A stretch of 64,000 bases of DNA from an uncultured Spirochaetota bacterium (GCA_963827275.1 CAWHAA010000006.1:92409-156408), one strand, 5' to 3'; shown: positions 45,587 to 55,417, counted from the stretch's first letter. Program-made: numbers and translations. The notes: generated from the letters alone by a model not told the origin.

Positions 45587-46996
45587 CTAAACGCGGAACA
45601 GGTGCTCAAAGGTCCCGTACAGCACCTGTACAAGCTGTGACCGTCCGTCAAGGGAGCCGGACATCCCGTACAGTGCGCCGCTCCGCGCGCTGGTGCCTTC
45701 CTTCGATTTCGCGTATTTGACCCCCTCTCTCAGGTCGCCCACGAGCTCATCGGCAATGCCCGGAACCATTGTCTGCGGCATGGTGACGCAAAAATGCACC
45801 GCTGGCGGGTTCTGCAGACCGTTGAACCTCCATCCGCGCGATATCATGTAGTCATTGACGTGAAAGATGTCAACGTCCCCGGACCTGAAGCTGATAAGGA
45901 ATGTCGGGTCTCCGATGACCTGCAGCTCCGGTATCCCTTTCACCCCCTCCTTGATCCGTTCGGCGACCTTCATTATCGCGGACGCGGCCTGCAGGTAGCC
46001 CTCCTCGCCGAGGTACACCATTGTCGCCCAGGTGGACGCGGTCAGCCCCCCGGAGCGGCTTCCGGTCATTGAGGGCGACGCGTATATGCCACCGGGCCAG
46101 TGGGCCATCTGGAAAAACTGGTACCGCCGGAGCTTCAGGTTGCGGTACAGGACCACGGAATTTCCCTTGAGGCCGAAGCCGAACTTGTGAGTGTCGGCAG
46201 ACATGGACGTGAGGCCCGGCAGGCGGAAATCGAATACCGGCACCCGGTAACCGAGACGCTCGATCCATGGAAGGATGAATCCGCCGAGGCACCCGTCGAT
46301 ATGGAACCCGATGTCGTGCTCCAGCGCGATGCCGGAGAGCTCCTCCATCGGGTCAATAAGCCCGTAGGGGTAGTTGCCGGCGCTCCCGACGATCGCCACT
46401 GTATTGGCGTTGATGAGTTTCTTCACTTCGGCGGGGATCACGCGGAAATCAGCATCATTCACGGGCGCCAGGACCATCTTGATCCCGAAATACTCACCCG
46501 CCTTGTGAAACGCGGGATGCGCCGTTATCGGGAGGATTACTTCCGGGGCGGCGATATTTTTTTCAATGCGGCCCCTGTCGCGGTACACCTTCATGGGCAG
46601 CATGATGCTTTCGCTGCCGCCGAAGGTGACGGTGCCGCAGATTTCGTCTGCCGGATTGACGGCGCGCACCGCGTCCCCGTTAAGCATCCGGGCGGTCATG
46701 GACACTATCTCGCTTTCGAACTTGGACATGCTGGGGCAGAGGTCCACCTGGAGAACGTTGACGTGGGAAAAGAATGAAAAGGCCCTGTTCAGAAACTCTC
46801 GGTGCTCATCGCCGGCATGGTAGAATGTTCCCGAGACCCTGCCGTCTTTCCATTTCGCATTTTCTTCAGCGGACATGGTTGACAGCTCTTGTAAAATGTC
46901 ATCCCGTTCCCGCCCTTTTTCCGGAATACGTTCGTAACTCCTGAACCGTCCACGGTAGGGCTTGAACGGGTCAGCAAAGGGTTTCTGTTCTTGCAT
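45587..46996 (-). CDS. PLP-dependent fold-type I enzyme, group II decarboxylase / sphingosine-1-phosphate-lyase-like
   Basis: 469 aa. The central region SMSADTHKFGFGLKGNSVVLY contains a PLP-lysine in the HKFG context typical of group II decarboxylases. Confidence 0.6.
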   Translation of the reverse strand: MQEQKPFADPFKPYRGRFRSYERIPEKGRERDDILQELSTMSAEENAKWKDGRVSGTFYHAGDEHREFLNRAFSFFSHVNVLQVDLCPSMSKFESEIVSMTARMLNGDAVRAVNPADEICGTVTFGGSESIMLPMKVYRDRGRIEKNIAAPEVILPITAHPAFHKAGEYFGIKMVLAPVNDADFRVIPAEVKKLINANTVAIVGSAGNYPYGLIDPMEELSGIALEHDIGFHIDGCLGGFILPWIERLGYRVPVFDFRLPGLTSMSADTHKFGFGLKGNSVVLYRNLKLRRYQFFQMAHWPGGIYASPSMTGSRSGGLTASTWATMVYLGEEGYLQAASAIMKVAERIKEGVKGIPELQVIGDPTFLISFRSGDVDIFHVNDYMISRGWRFNGLQNPPAVHFCVTMPQTMVPGIADELVGDLREGVKYAKSKEGTSARSGALYGMSGSLDGRSQLVQVLYGTFEHLFRV

Positions 46997-47029
46997 GGCG
47001 CTCTCCTTTCGGTAATGGCTCCGTTGACG

Positions 47030-48640
47030 CTATCGCGCGTTCAACGCGTTGAATATCGGTTTGTTTCGCCTGAATAATTCCCTGTACTGCCGGTACATCC
47101 TGTCATAGACGGCCCGGCTGGCGGGGTCGGGACGGAAGACCTTTTTGATCGTGATAAGCGAGGAGATCTCCCTGACGGAACGGTGCCCGAGCCGGTTAAA
47201 GGCGAGCATGGCGGCGCCGCGGAGGGTGGTGCGGGCAGGGTCCTCGACCTGGTGGATCGGGACGCCGAGGACGTCCGCATGGATCTGCGCCCATATATCG
47301 GAGAGGGCGCCCCCGCCGGCGAACCGGAACCGGTGAAAGGCGCGGCCGGTAAATTTTTCAGCGACCTCGCGCGTCCACCGGTTGTTGTACGCGAGGCTCT
47401 CAAGCACGGCACGCGTCATGTGCGCGCGGGTCGATCCCAGGGAAAGGTTGAAGAAACCTCCCCGCACGTCCCCGTTCTCCTCGGGGGTTATGGTGCCGTT
47501 CAGCCATGGCATGAAAATGACGCCTCCGCTGCCCGGCGGCACGCTCGCGGCGAGGCGGTTTACCCTGTGGTAAACGTCCTCGGGCGGCGCCGCGGTCCCG
47601 AACTCGTCGCGGGCATACACGATCGCATTGAGGAAATATTCGAGCGCCTTGCCGCCGGTCCCCTGCTCCCCGAAGAGGAGGTAGCGATTCATCAGCGGGC
47701 TCGGCATCGTGGTCATGGCGTGAAAGATGTCGGTTTTTTTATAAGGAACATGGCAGGTCAGGACGAGCGACGTCCCGATATAGATTACTCCATCATAATC
47801 GTCGACCGCTCCGGAGCCGATGGCCGACGCGTTCGTGTCGTTTGTTCCGGCAATGACGCGCGCGGACGGGGGGAGGCCGAGCTCCTGCGCGACAGCGGGA
47901 AGGACCGTGCCGATGAATTCTTTGTTGGGCACAAGGTCGGGAAGCTTGTCCCGCGGCAGCCCGGCAAGGGAGAGCAGGGACCTGCTGTATTCGGTGGTGC
48001 CCCAGGTGCGGTTGTCCACGACCGCGAAGGGGAACATGGTCTCCTGTGAAGCGGTGCATTTCCCGGAAAGCCGCAGGTTAATGTAATCCATAGGCTCGAG
48101 AAATTTCCATGTTTTATTGAAAATGTCCGGCCGTTCGTTTTTTAAAAAATGTATGTGCCCGATTGAATCGATCCCTGACTTGCTCGGCGCGATACCCGTC
48201 AGCCGTATCCACCTGGCCAGCTTTGTGCAGCCATACCCCTCGATGTTTATGATGCCGCGGATGATGCGCCTGTTGTAGGGGGCCCCGCGGGAATCGAGCC
48301 AGTGGATGGCGTTCATCAGCGGCTCGCCGGCGGTATCGACCGGGACGACGACAAAGAACTGGGAGTCGCAGCTGACGGCATCGATCATGGAGCGGGGGAC
48401 GCCTGAAGAGGCGATCGCCTTTTTCGCCGCGCTTTTAACGCCGGACCACCAGGCGGACGGGTCCTGTTCGGCCCCGCCGGAAGGCAGCAGCTCTACCGGG
48501 ACTTTTACTGATGCGCTTGACATCACGCGGCCGGAGTCGGAAATGATCCCTGCCTTGGGGCCGCCGCTCCCGAGGTCGATTGCAAGCACGTACCTGGTCC
48601 CGTTCTTTTCGGGGGATGACTTTTTCTTCCCGTCAGGCAT
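47030..48640 (-). CDS. FGGY-family carbohydrate kinase (xylulokinase / glycerol kinase-like)
   Basis: N-terminal actin-fold motif YVLAIDLGSGGPKAG, central and C-terminal FGGY motifs (GTSLVL..., FRFAGGGALSD). The start is moved to an internal ATG (MPDGKK) to limit overlap with the upstream gene. Confidence 0.8.
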   Translation of the reverse strand: MPDGKKKSSPEKNGTRYVLAIDLGSGGPKAGIISDSGRVMSSASVKVPVELLPSGGAEQDPSAWWSGVKSAAKKAIASSGVPRSMIDAVSCDSQFFVVVPVDTAGEPLMNAIHWLDSRGAPYNRRIIRGIINIEGYGCTKLARWIRLTGIAPSKSGIDSIGHIHFLKNERPDIFNKTWKFLEPMDYINLRLSGKCTASQETMFPFAVVDNRTWGTTEYSRSLLSLAGLPRDKLPDLVPNKEFIGTVLPAVAQELGLPPSARVIAGTNDTNASAIGSGAVDDYDGVIYIGTSLVLTCHVPYKKTDIFHAMTTMPSPLMNRYLLFGEQGTGGKALEYFLNAIVYARDEFGTAAPPEDVYHRVNRLAASVPPGSGGVIFMPWLNGTITPEENGDVRGGFFNLSLGSTRAHMTRAVLESLAYNNRWTREVAEKFTGRAFHRFRFAGGGALSDIWAQIHADVLGVPIHQVEDPARTTLRGAAMLAFNRLGHRSVREISSLITIKKVFRPDPASRAVYDRMYRQYRELFRRNKPIFNALNAR

Positions 48641-49022
48641 CCTGAGTGCCTTCCCGCATCGTTTTTGAATATTCTTCGAGCTTCGCGATGACAAAGTCCC
48701 TCACTGACGGGTCGATGTTTTCAGACCGCTCCCTGAATTTTCCGATTATCTCTTCAAAAGGGAATATGCCGTCATCGACAAGGAGGGGCGATGCCGGGTG
48801 CTTGTAGTGTGACCGTGTATCGTCGATCGCATGGTGGCTGAACCCTGAGGCCCTGTGCCACATGAAGGCATGCTCGTCCGCCTTTTTGTCGTAACAGAGC
48901 TGGATGCCGGTTATCGACCTGTCGGCCGTATCGTACCATATGATGAGATCGAAGTAATCATCGTCGAACCATCTGCGAAAAATATCCGGCTCCTTCTGGC
49001 TGGCGAACGACTCTTTAAGCAT
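48633..49022 (-). CDS. hypothetical protein (129 aa)
   Basis: Coding-like codon bias. 8-nt overlap with both neighbours. No recognisable motif. Confidence 0.4.
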   Translation of the reverse strand: MLKESFASQKEPDIFRRWFDDDYFDLIIWYDTADRSITGIQLCYDKKADEHAFMWHRASGFSHHAIDDTRSHYKHPASPLLVDDGIFPFEEIIGKFRERSENIDPSVRDFVIAKLEEYSKTMREGTQDA

Positions 49023-49524
49023 GACGGTCCTCCCCGAGGCATTCTTCTATCATGCGGCACGCCTCGTTGTGGTCGCGCGCGATATATACGGGCCCGCCAT
49101 CGTTGTTTTTGCGGGACCAGTCGGCGAAATCACCGCTCCATCCCCCGGCGAAGGCGCAGCAGACCAGGGGCTTTCCGTAGGTGCGGCAATAGGCGATCTC
49201 TGAAAGGGTGCCGAAACTCCCGCCGATGGCGACGACGACGTCAGCGGCGAGGACGTTGACGGCATTGCGCGCATAGCCGAGGCCGGTAGGGATCACGATG
49301 CCGCAATAGGGATTGGCGCCGCCGTGCTCATCGCCCGGCAATATCCCGACCACCGTCCCGCCGCGTTCGGCGGCGCCGCGGGACGCGGCCTCCATGATGC
49401 CGCCGCGGCCTCCGCTGATCAGGGCGTATCCCCTGCCGGCGATGAACGCGCCGATGGCCCGTGCCTCTTCATAGAACCGGGTCTCGTCGGACGACCCGAT
49501 GACGACAACCTGTTTTTTCCTCAT
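49015..49524 (-). CDS. LOG/TIGR00725-like Rossmann-fold protein (lysine-decarboxylase-like / SLOG family)
   Basis: 169 aa. VVIGSSDE...ISGGRGGIMEAASRGA...PTGLGYARN...VVAIGGSFGTLSEIA matches the GGxGxMEA and PGGxGTxxE signature of LOG-family proteins. Confidence 0.65.
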   Translation of the reverse strand: MRKKQVVVIGSSDETRFYEEARAIGAFIAGRGYALISGGRGGIMEAASRGAAERGGTVVGILPGDEHGGANPYCGIVIPTGLGYARNAVNVLAADVVVAIGGSFGTLSEIAYCRTYGKPLVCCAFAGGWSGDFADWSRKNNDGGPVYIARDHNEACRMIEECLGEDRHA

Positions 49525-49552
49525 GAGTACGACCCCTTGTGACCGGGACGGG

Positions 49553-50467
49553 TCAGAGCTTTTCGAGAAAGAGATAGAGATCCTGCGGCGTGGCGATAGC
49601 CGTAGCGATCACCTTGTACGGGATATTGTTGCCGTGGTACAGGAAGTCCAGTTTGTTGCGCTTGATATCGAGGCTCTGCTTCGTCTGCTCATCGTAAAGG
49701 ACAACATAGTTCGAGAGGGAGAGGGCGAAGATGGTCACTCTCGGGGGATAGGTTTCTTTCAGCCTGTTGACGATGAAATTGGAAAAATCGACGATATTGA
49801 ACACCCCCTCCCTGGAGAAGGCGCCGGTGGATTTGAACAGGATGAATTGATCGGCGTAAACCGCCCCGCTTTTGCCGGCGTTGAATATCCGTGAGATTTC
49901 GGCTGATATGTCGCTCATGTAGTTGAGCATCACGGGCGAAAAGAGCTCGCGGTTCCTGAGGTACACGGTCTTCAAAAGCTCGGAAAGAAATTCAAAATCG
50001 GCAACATTGAAGAGCGGGGACGAGGTGACCGCAGCGGTGAAGATGGTATCCCTGTCAGCGGAGATCTTTTTAAAGACGAGTGAGAAGGACTGGCCTTTCT
50101 GGCTCCCGAGGCGGACCCTGACGGGCTTTTCGCCCTCCGCGGCAGCGCATTCACGCGCAATCAGCTCCGGGAGCGCGTTCAGGAGCACCATGTCGCCTAC
50201 CGCCGCGATGGGCACGGGGGAGCCGTTACGCTCGGTGAATATCGCGGTCAGGCCGGTGTAGTTTGCGACATTATGATGATGCAGGGCGCCCTTTAAAAAA
50301 CCGCTCCCCTGTTCGGAGATGTATCGTGCCTCGAATTTCTTATAGTGGGAAAGGAGTACCCGGTAGGCGTTTCTCGCCTTCTCGGGGGACAGGGCCCCGC
50401 CGGAATACCCCTTGATGGTCTCCTTTATCTGGTCGATGAGGATGTCGATGTTGGCGGTTTCAGTCAT
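49553..50467 (-). CDS. hypothetical protein (304 aa)
   Basis: Long ORF with coding-like composition, co-directional with its neighbours. No motif recognised. Confidence 0.4.
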   Translation of the reverse strand: MTETANIDILIDQIKETIKGYSGGALSPEKARNAYRVLLSHYKKFEARYISEQGSGFLKGALHHHNVANYTGLTAIFTERNGSPVPIAAVGDMVLLNALPELIARECAAAEGEKPVRVRLGSQKGQSFSLVFKKISADRDTIFTAAVTSSPLFNVADFEFLSELLKTVYLRNRELFSPVMLNYMSDISAEISRIFNAGKSGAVYADQFILFKSTGAFSREGVFNIVDFSNFIVNRLKETYPPRVTIFALSLSNYVVLYDEQTKQSLDIKRNKLDFLYHGNNIPYKVIATAIATPQDLYLFLEKL

Positions 50468-50521
50468 CTGTAACGTGATAGCCCGAATTTATGTTTATAG
50501 TATGCGAGGGCATGGTGAATT

Positions 50522-51823
50522 TCAAGTACATTTTAACGGATGCCGGCCTGCATAGTTCAGGGCGGCGCCGTAGAGCCTGAATGAGCCGGTGAAAAAAATG
50601 AGCGATTCAGCGCCAATGCGCGCGTCAAGTGCCGCAGCAAGCCTCGCTTCATCTGCGTGGATAATTTCGTGGAGTACACGGGAATGTGACCCCGGTGCGG
50701 GACGGTAACACCGTGGATCATCGAGCGAAAAGTAGATCGCGGCCATCCCGAACTCCTCCAGGACGGCGATAATCCCCTCGATGTCCTTGTCTTTCATGAG
50801 GGTCAGTACCGTTGTGATGCTGCGGCCGGGATGCAGCGCGGCGACCAGGGCCGCCATCTCCCTCATGGCGGCGACGTTATGGGCCGGGTCGAATATGATC
50901 AGCGGATCGCGGCAAAGCTTCTGGAATCGGCCCGGGGCGGAAAATCGCTTCAGCGCGGCTCGGATCGGCGCATCAGTGAGGAGCGGAAACCGGCCGCGGA
51001 CGAGCAGGCAGGCGGTGATCGCGCACGAGCTGTTGGCCGCCTGCTTCCCGAGCGGATGGTTCACCTCGACACCCTTCATGTCGTGGCGCTGGCCGGACAA
51101 AAAGGAATAATCGAACCTGATGCTTTGGTCAAACCGGGTAATATTCCCGGCTGAAAAGTCGCGTGAGAGACGCAGGAGGGGCGCGTTTTTCGATATAGCT
51201 TCTTCATCGAGCACGGTGATAACGTCCGGGTCGAGGTTTGATGTCACGGCGGGGACGCCGGTTTTTATGATGCCCGCCTTTTCGCGGGCAATCGCCGGAA
51301 GCGTGCCGCCCAGTATGTGCGCATGGTCCATCGATATATCGGTGATCACGGAACAGAGCGGGACCACGACGTTGGTCGAGTCGAGCCGTCCCCCGAGCCC
51401 GGTTTCTATGATGGCGATGTCGACTCCGCGCTGATGAAAATAACGGAACGCGCAGGCCGTCAGGAGGTCGAAATAGGTCGGAGAGTTGGAAGGATCGGAA
51501 CCGGCGAAATCGACGATAGCGTCGATGAGCGCGGAAAGATCGCTGTCGGAAATGGGAACGCCACGGACCATGATCCGTTCGTTGACGGTGCGCAGGTGGG
51601 GCGACGTGTACAGTCCCGCGGTATAGCCGGCTTCCGTGAATATGCCGTTCAGCATGTGCGCGACGGAGCCTTTTCCGTTTGTCCCCGCGACATGGATGCA
51701 GGGCACGGCCAGGTGGGGGTCGCCAAAATGCGCGAGGATGCGGCCGATAGGGGCGGGGCTGTACTGCCTGAAGTCCTGCACGCGTTCATTATTGATGAAC
51801 CTGTCGAGCCTGTCGGTGATCAT
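50522..51823 (-). CDS. folC: bifunctional folylpolyglutamate synthase / dihydrofolate synthase (Mur-ligase family)
   Basis: P-loop HVAGTNGKGSVAHML and Mur-ligase middle and C-terminal motifs. The ATG at 51823 (MITDRLDRFINN) overlaps the aroE stop as ATGA. The listed 51958 start would overlap aroE by 45 codons. Confidence 0.85.
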   Translation of the reverse strand: MITDRLDRFINNERVQDFRQYSPAPIGRILAHFGDPHLAVPCIHVAGTNGKGSVAHMLNGIFTEAGYTAGLYTSPHLRTVNERIMVRGVPISDSDLSALIDAIVDFAGSDPSNSPTYFDLLTACAFRYFHQRGVDIAIIETGLGGRLDSTNVVVPLCSVITDISMDHAHILGGTLPAIAREKAGIIKTGVPAVTSNLDPDVITVLDEEAISKNAPLLRLSRDFSAGNITRFDQSIRFDYSFLSGQRHDMKGVEVNHPLGKQAANSSCAITACLLVRGRFPLLTDAPIRAALKRFSAPGRFQKLCRDPLIIFDPAHNVAAMREMAALVAALHPGRSITTVLTLMKDKDIEGIIAVLEEFGMAAIYFSLDDPRCYRPAPGSHSRVLHEIIHADEARLAAALDARIGAESLIFFTGSFRLYGAALNYAGRHPLKCT

Positions 51824-52683
51824 TCTGTCCGCTGGAGATGATGGTGTAGGGCGCCGCGCATTGTCTCCACCGGCGCCTGCTGCCCGGTCCAGAGCTCGAA
51901 CTGCCGGGCACCCTGGTAGAGGAGCATGTCTATGCCGTGCACCGCTGTCGCGCCGCACCGGCGCGCCGCCTGGAGGAGGCGCGTCTCGTGGGGGGCGTAC
52001 ACGATATCGAATACCGCGTGCCGCGGCGACAGCAGGCCGGTGTCCAGCGGCGTTGCGTCGACAGCCGGGTGCATGCCGACCGGGGTCGAGTTGATGATGA
52101 TATCGACCGCCTCCATGAACTGCCGGTCGAGCTCAGCCAGGAGAACGGACCGGGAAGAATGGCCTGAAGAGCGGAGGTCTTCGGCAAGCCGGCCGATGCG
52201 GGAGCTGTCCCTGCCGGCGATAGTGACGGCCGCACCTTCCGCGGCGAGGGTAAAGGCGATCGCGCGGGCCGAACCGCCGTTGCCGATGAGGAGGCACCGG
52301 CGGCCCCTGACCGGGATGCCGGACTGCCCGAGCGCGCGCAGGGCGCCGTACCCGTCAGTGTTGAAGCCGGTGATGACACCGTCGCGGTTCACGAGCGTGT
52401 TGACAGACCCGATTTCGGCGGCGAGAGGGTCGACGCGGTCGCAATGCCGGAGGGTGTCTATCTTGAAGGGGATGGTCACGCTGGCCCCGCGAATCGCGAG
52501 GGCCTTCATGCATGAGATGGCTTCCCCCATTGATGGCGGCTCGAAGGCGAGGTACACCGCGTTGATGCCGGTCTCAGAGAAGGCGGCGTTGTGCATCGCC
52601 GGTGAGATGGAATGACGAACGGGACTTCCGAAGACGCAGTAGAGTTCCGTCGTCGCGTTGATCCGGGCAGTATTCATGGACAT
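51820..52683 (-). CDS. aroE: shikimate 5-dehydrogenase
   Basis: 287 aa. N-terminal substrate motif FGSPVRHSISPAMHNAAF and NADP fold GNGGSARAIAFTLA. Confidence 0.9.
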   Translation of the reverse strand: MSMNTARINATTELYCVFGSPVRHSISPAMHNAAFSETGINAVYLAFEPPSMGEAISCMKALAIRGASVTIPFKIDTLRHCDRVDPLAAEIGSVNTLVNRDGVITGFNTDGYGALRALGQSGIPVRGRRCLLIGNGGSARAIAFTLAAEGAAVTIAGRDSSRIGRLAEDLRSSGHSSRSVLLAELDRQFMEAVDIIINSTPVGMHPAVDATPLDTGLLSPRHAVFDIVYAPHETRLLQAARRCGATAVHGIDMLLYQGARQFELWTGQQAPVETMRGALHHHLQRTE

Positions 52684-52732
52684 GATATAGACGTCCCGAT
52701 CTGATTTTTGTCAATAGTTTTATCGGGATGGC

Positions 52733-54454
52733 TCAGATGAGCATGATCGCCGTACAGAGGACCATGAGAAACGCAAGGTTGGCATCGACCAGGACTTCGT
52801 ATTTCAACGCGATAAGATAATTGAGCCGGTTTATCAGGATAATCAGCGCCTCGTAATATATGAGTGTCACCGCGAGGGGCAGAAAGCGCCATTCGCTGAA
52901 CACGACGGTCAGCGCGGCATAGACCGCGACGCCGGCAGCGGAGACAATCGCGGTCAGCAGCCTCATTGCGCGGGTGCCCACCATGATCGGGAGCGTCTCC
53001 CTGCCGAGTATCAGGTCGCCCTGGAACGCGATCATGTCCATCAGTGCGGTCCTGAGAAAGACCAGCGCGAACACAAGGACGGAGAGGGCGGCAAGCGGGG
53101 CAGGCGCCAGTCCGGCAGCGGACATCGGCGTGAGCACGGTGATGATGATCCAGCCAAAACAGGCGACTATTTTCGAATTGTAGATTTTCCGCATGAACCG
53201 CGGGTGGATCCTGGAAACAGTGCTTTTAACCGGCCGGGTTGAATAGATAAAGCCAAGGAGGTATGACCCGGCGACAAGCGCGACCGTCGCTGCGGTAAAA
53301 CGCCCGGCGAGAAAGACCGACAGGAGCATTGCGGCGATCGAGGCCAGGAGAAAGGGCATGCCGTACCTGCCGTAGACGGCATATTTATACGGGTTGCTCA
53401 GCTTCAGCAGGTCTCTTTCGAAGTAATTGTTGATTGAGTACATTGAAAAGATATATAGGAACGAGATGACCGGCAGCTCGTAGCTGACCGGCGTATCCGT
53501 ATATTCAAAGGTGATCATGGTGAGGAAAAAAGCCGCGGCTGCGGCAAGCAGGTTTGTCCGCACGATCATCTCAACGAAGGACACTGCCGCCTTGATGAAA
53601 ATATTGCTCTTTTTGAAATTGATCGTGTACAGCCGCTCCAGGACGTTGTTGATGATCCAGCCGGGGGTTGACGTTCCCGCCGTGACCAGGACGCTCCGGG
53701 AATCCCTGAAGTCCCTTTCGTCCAGCTCCGCTTCTGTTTCCACGTGGAAGGTTTTGACGGCATTGTCCCTGCCGATCTGGGCCAGCCGTTTTGTGTTCGC
53801 GGAATTCTTTCCGCCGACCACCACGAGCGTGTCCGTGCCGCTGGATATGCCGAGGAATACGTCCTCCTGCCGGTAGCGGGTGGAGTCGCAGATCGTATCG
53901 AAGACCGTGACGTCGGCGAATTTTTCCTTTATGCGGGAGACGATCATGGTGAAAAGCTTGCGGTCGAAGGTGGTCTGTGAAACGACCAGGTAGGAGGCGG
54001 CAGGCGGGACATCATCCACTTCCCGGATGTCCGATATGACGGAGACGCCGCCCGACGCGTAGCTCATCAGGCCGGTGACCTCGGCATGGTCGCGGTCACC
54101 GGTGATGATGGTGTGCTTGTTCATGGCGGAATATTTTTTTATGATCGACTGCACGCGGGCGACCCGCGGGCAGGTCAGGTTGATGACGGCGCTGGCGCAT
54201 TTGTTCAGCGTGCGGTTGTCTTCAACCGGGACGCCGTGGGTGCGTATGACGACGCGCTTGTTCCCGATCTCCTCTATCGAGGAAATGGTGCGCATCCCCC
54301 TGCGATGGAGCACGTCGATGGTCTGCGGGTTGTGTATCAGCGGGCCGTATACCAGGAGCTCTTCATCGGAGGCGTTTATCTCGCGGACGATACGGAGGAT
54401 GGCGTTTCTCACGCCCATGCAGAATCCCGAGTGGCGCGCCAGGGTGATCTTCAT
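52733..54454 (-). CDS. ispH: 4-hydroxy-3-methylbut-2-enyl diphosphate reductase (IspH/LytB, N-terminal 290 aa) fused in one ORF to a C-terminal UbiA-superfamily membrane prenyltransferase-like domain (280 aa, about 8 TM)
   Basis: N-terminus is MKITLARHSGFCMGVRNAI...GPLIHNPQ...NSANTKRLAQI, the IspH fold with its Cys ligand context. After ...GWIINNVLERL there is a continuous hydrophobic domain carrying UbiA-type motifs NNYFERDLLKLSNPYK (NDxxDRxxD..NxPxR-like) and FQGDLILGRETLPIMVG (the DxxGDxxxGxxTLP motif). Confidence 0.7.
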   Translation of the reverse strand: MKITLARHSGFCMGVRNAILRIVREINASDEELLVYGPLIHNPQTIDVLHRRGMRTISSIEEIGNKRVVIRTHGVPVEDNRTLNKCASAVINLTCPRVARVQSIIKKYSAMNKHTIITGDRDHAEVTGLMSYASGGVSVISDIREVDDVPPAASYLVVSQTTFDRKLFTMIVSRIKEKFADVTVFDTICDSTRYRQEDVFLGISSGTDTLVVVGGKNSANTKRLAQIGRDNAVKTFHVETEAELDERDFRDSRSVLVTAGTSTPGWIINNVLERLYTINFKKSNIFIKAAVSFVEMIVRTNLLAAAAAFFLTMITFEYTDTPVSYELPVISFLYIFSMYSINNYFERDLLKLSNPYKYAVYGRYGMPFLLASIAAMLLSVFLAGRFTAATVALVAGSYLLGFIYSTRPVKSTVSRIHPRFMRKIYNSKIVACFGWIIITVLTPMSAAGLAPAPLAALSVLVFALVFLRTALMDMIAFQGDLILGRETLPIMVGTRAMRLLTAIVSAAGVAVYAALTVVFSEWRFLPLAVTLIYYEALIILINRLNYLIALKYEVLVDANLAFLMVLCTAIMLI

Positions 54455-54468
54455 AGGCAGGGGCCCGC

Positions 54469-55401
54469 CTACTGCACCGGGATGATTTTGTCTATCGGGT
54501 GCTCCGTGGCCCCCGGCTGCTGGCCGCCTCCCTGTGACATTTCAAACCGCGGCATCATGAGCGAGCCGCGGAGCTGGAACGCCACCTGGTTGCGGTCATT
54601 GATGGATTTTTCGAGAAAATTGCGGTAATTTTCGAGCAGCGGCGAATCAGCATTAAGGAGCAGACTGAGATCGAGGCCCGAATTCATCATGTTTTTCTGA
54701 AGCGAGACGGATCCGGTCACGGACCCGTTCAGGTCCTTGCCGAAGATGCGGCAGTTCCGTATCATTATCTTGCCGCCGGTGATGTCGGCCTCGATCTTTA
54801 TCGAGCTGATCCTTGTCGGTGGGATCGAAAGCGGGAGCCCTCCCATCGAGTCGGGAAGCTCAATCTGGGAAAACTTCATCATCGCATTGTCGATGATAAT
54901 GGTGATGCTGCCGCTTTGCGGCAGGCCGTCAAAGGTCTTGTAATCGAGAAAAACATTGCCGTTCAGGTTCATGCTTATCTGGGAGGTGCCGGAATCGTAT
55001 TTAAAGCCGGCAAGCTGTACCGTGCCTTTTACGTCCTTGGCGATCAGCAGCCTGAGCAAGGAGATGTCGATGTCGGCCGTGCGGACGTTGATTTCGCTCC
55101 CGCTCCGTAAAACGGCGTACAGGCCTTTCGTCTCGATGATGTCGATCAGGCTGAAGTTCAACTCATTTATGGATATGGTCTTGAGGGCCCCTTTCTCGAG
55201 CTGCTTGAGCCTGGCGCGGATAAGCATGTCATAGGGGAAGGTCAGCACCAGGAAGACCATGACCATGAAAAGCGCGAAGGCGATGTAGGTCTTCGCGTAC
55301 GGGAGCGTTAATGCCTCTTTCGCCCTGCTCCAGAGCGTCGAAAAATTGAAATAGGATTTGAGTACGGGCAGAACTGAATTTTTTATGCTGGCAACGTCCA
55401 T
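54469..55401 (-). CDS. gspN: type II secretion system protein N-like (GspN) or other distal T2SS/T4P assembly protein
   Basis: 310 aa. Single N-terminal TM (YIAFALFMVMVFLVLTF) then a periplasmic domain. Placed immediately after gspM at the distal end of the gsp cluster. Assignment is mainly by position. Confidence 0.45.
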   Translation of the reverse strand: MDVASIKNSVLPVLKSYFNFSTLWSRAKEALTLPYAKTYIAFALFMVMVFLVLTFPYDMLIRARLKQLEKGALKTISINELNFSLIDIIETKGLYAVLRSGSEINVRTADIDISLLRLLIAKDVKGTVQLAGFKYDSGTSQISMNLNGNVFLDYKTFDGLPQSGSITIIIDNAMMKFSQIELPDSMGGLPLSIPPTRISSIKIEADITGGKIMIRNCRIFGKDLNGSVTGSVSLQKNMMNSGLDLSLLLNADSPLLENYRNFLEKSINDRNQVAFQLRGSLMMPRFEMSQGGGQQPGATEHPIDKIIPVQ

Positions 55402-55417
55402 CTGTTCCTCGCGCCGG

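Noticed and set aside
51823-51958. The N-terminal 45 codons of the listed folC ORF (MRRDSGARHRHAPLPG...).
   Set aside because: It overlaps the aroE C-terminus in another frame. Mur-ligase homology starts after MITDR, whose ATG forms a canonical ATGA overlap with the aroE stop.
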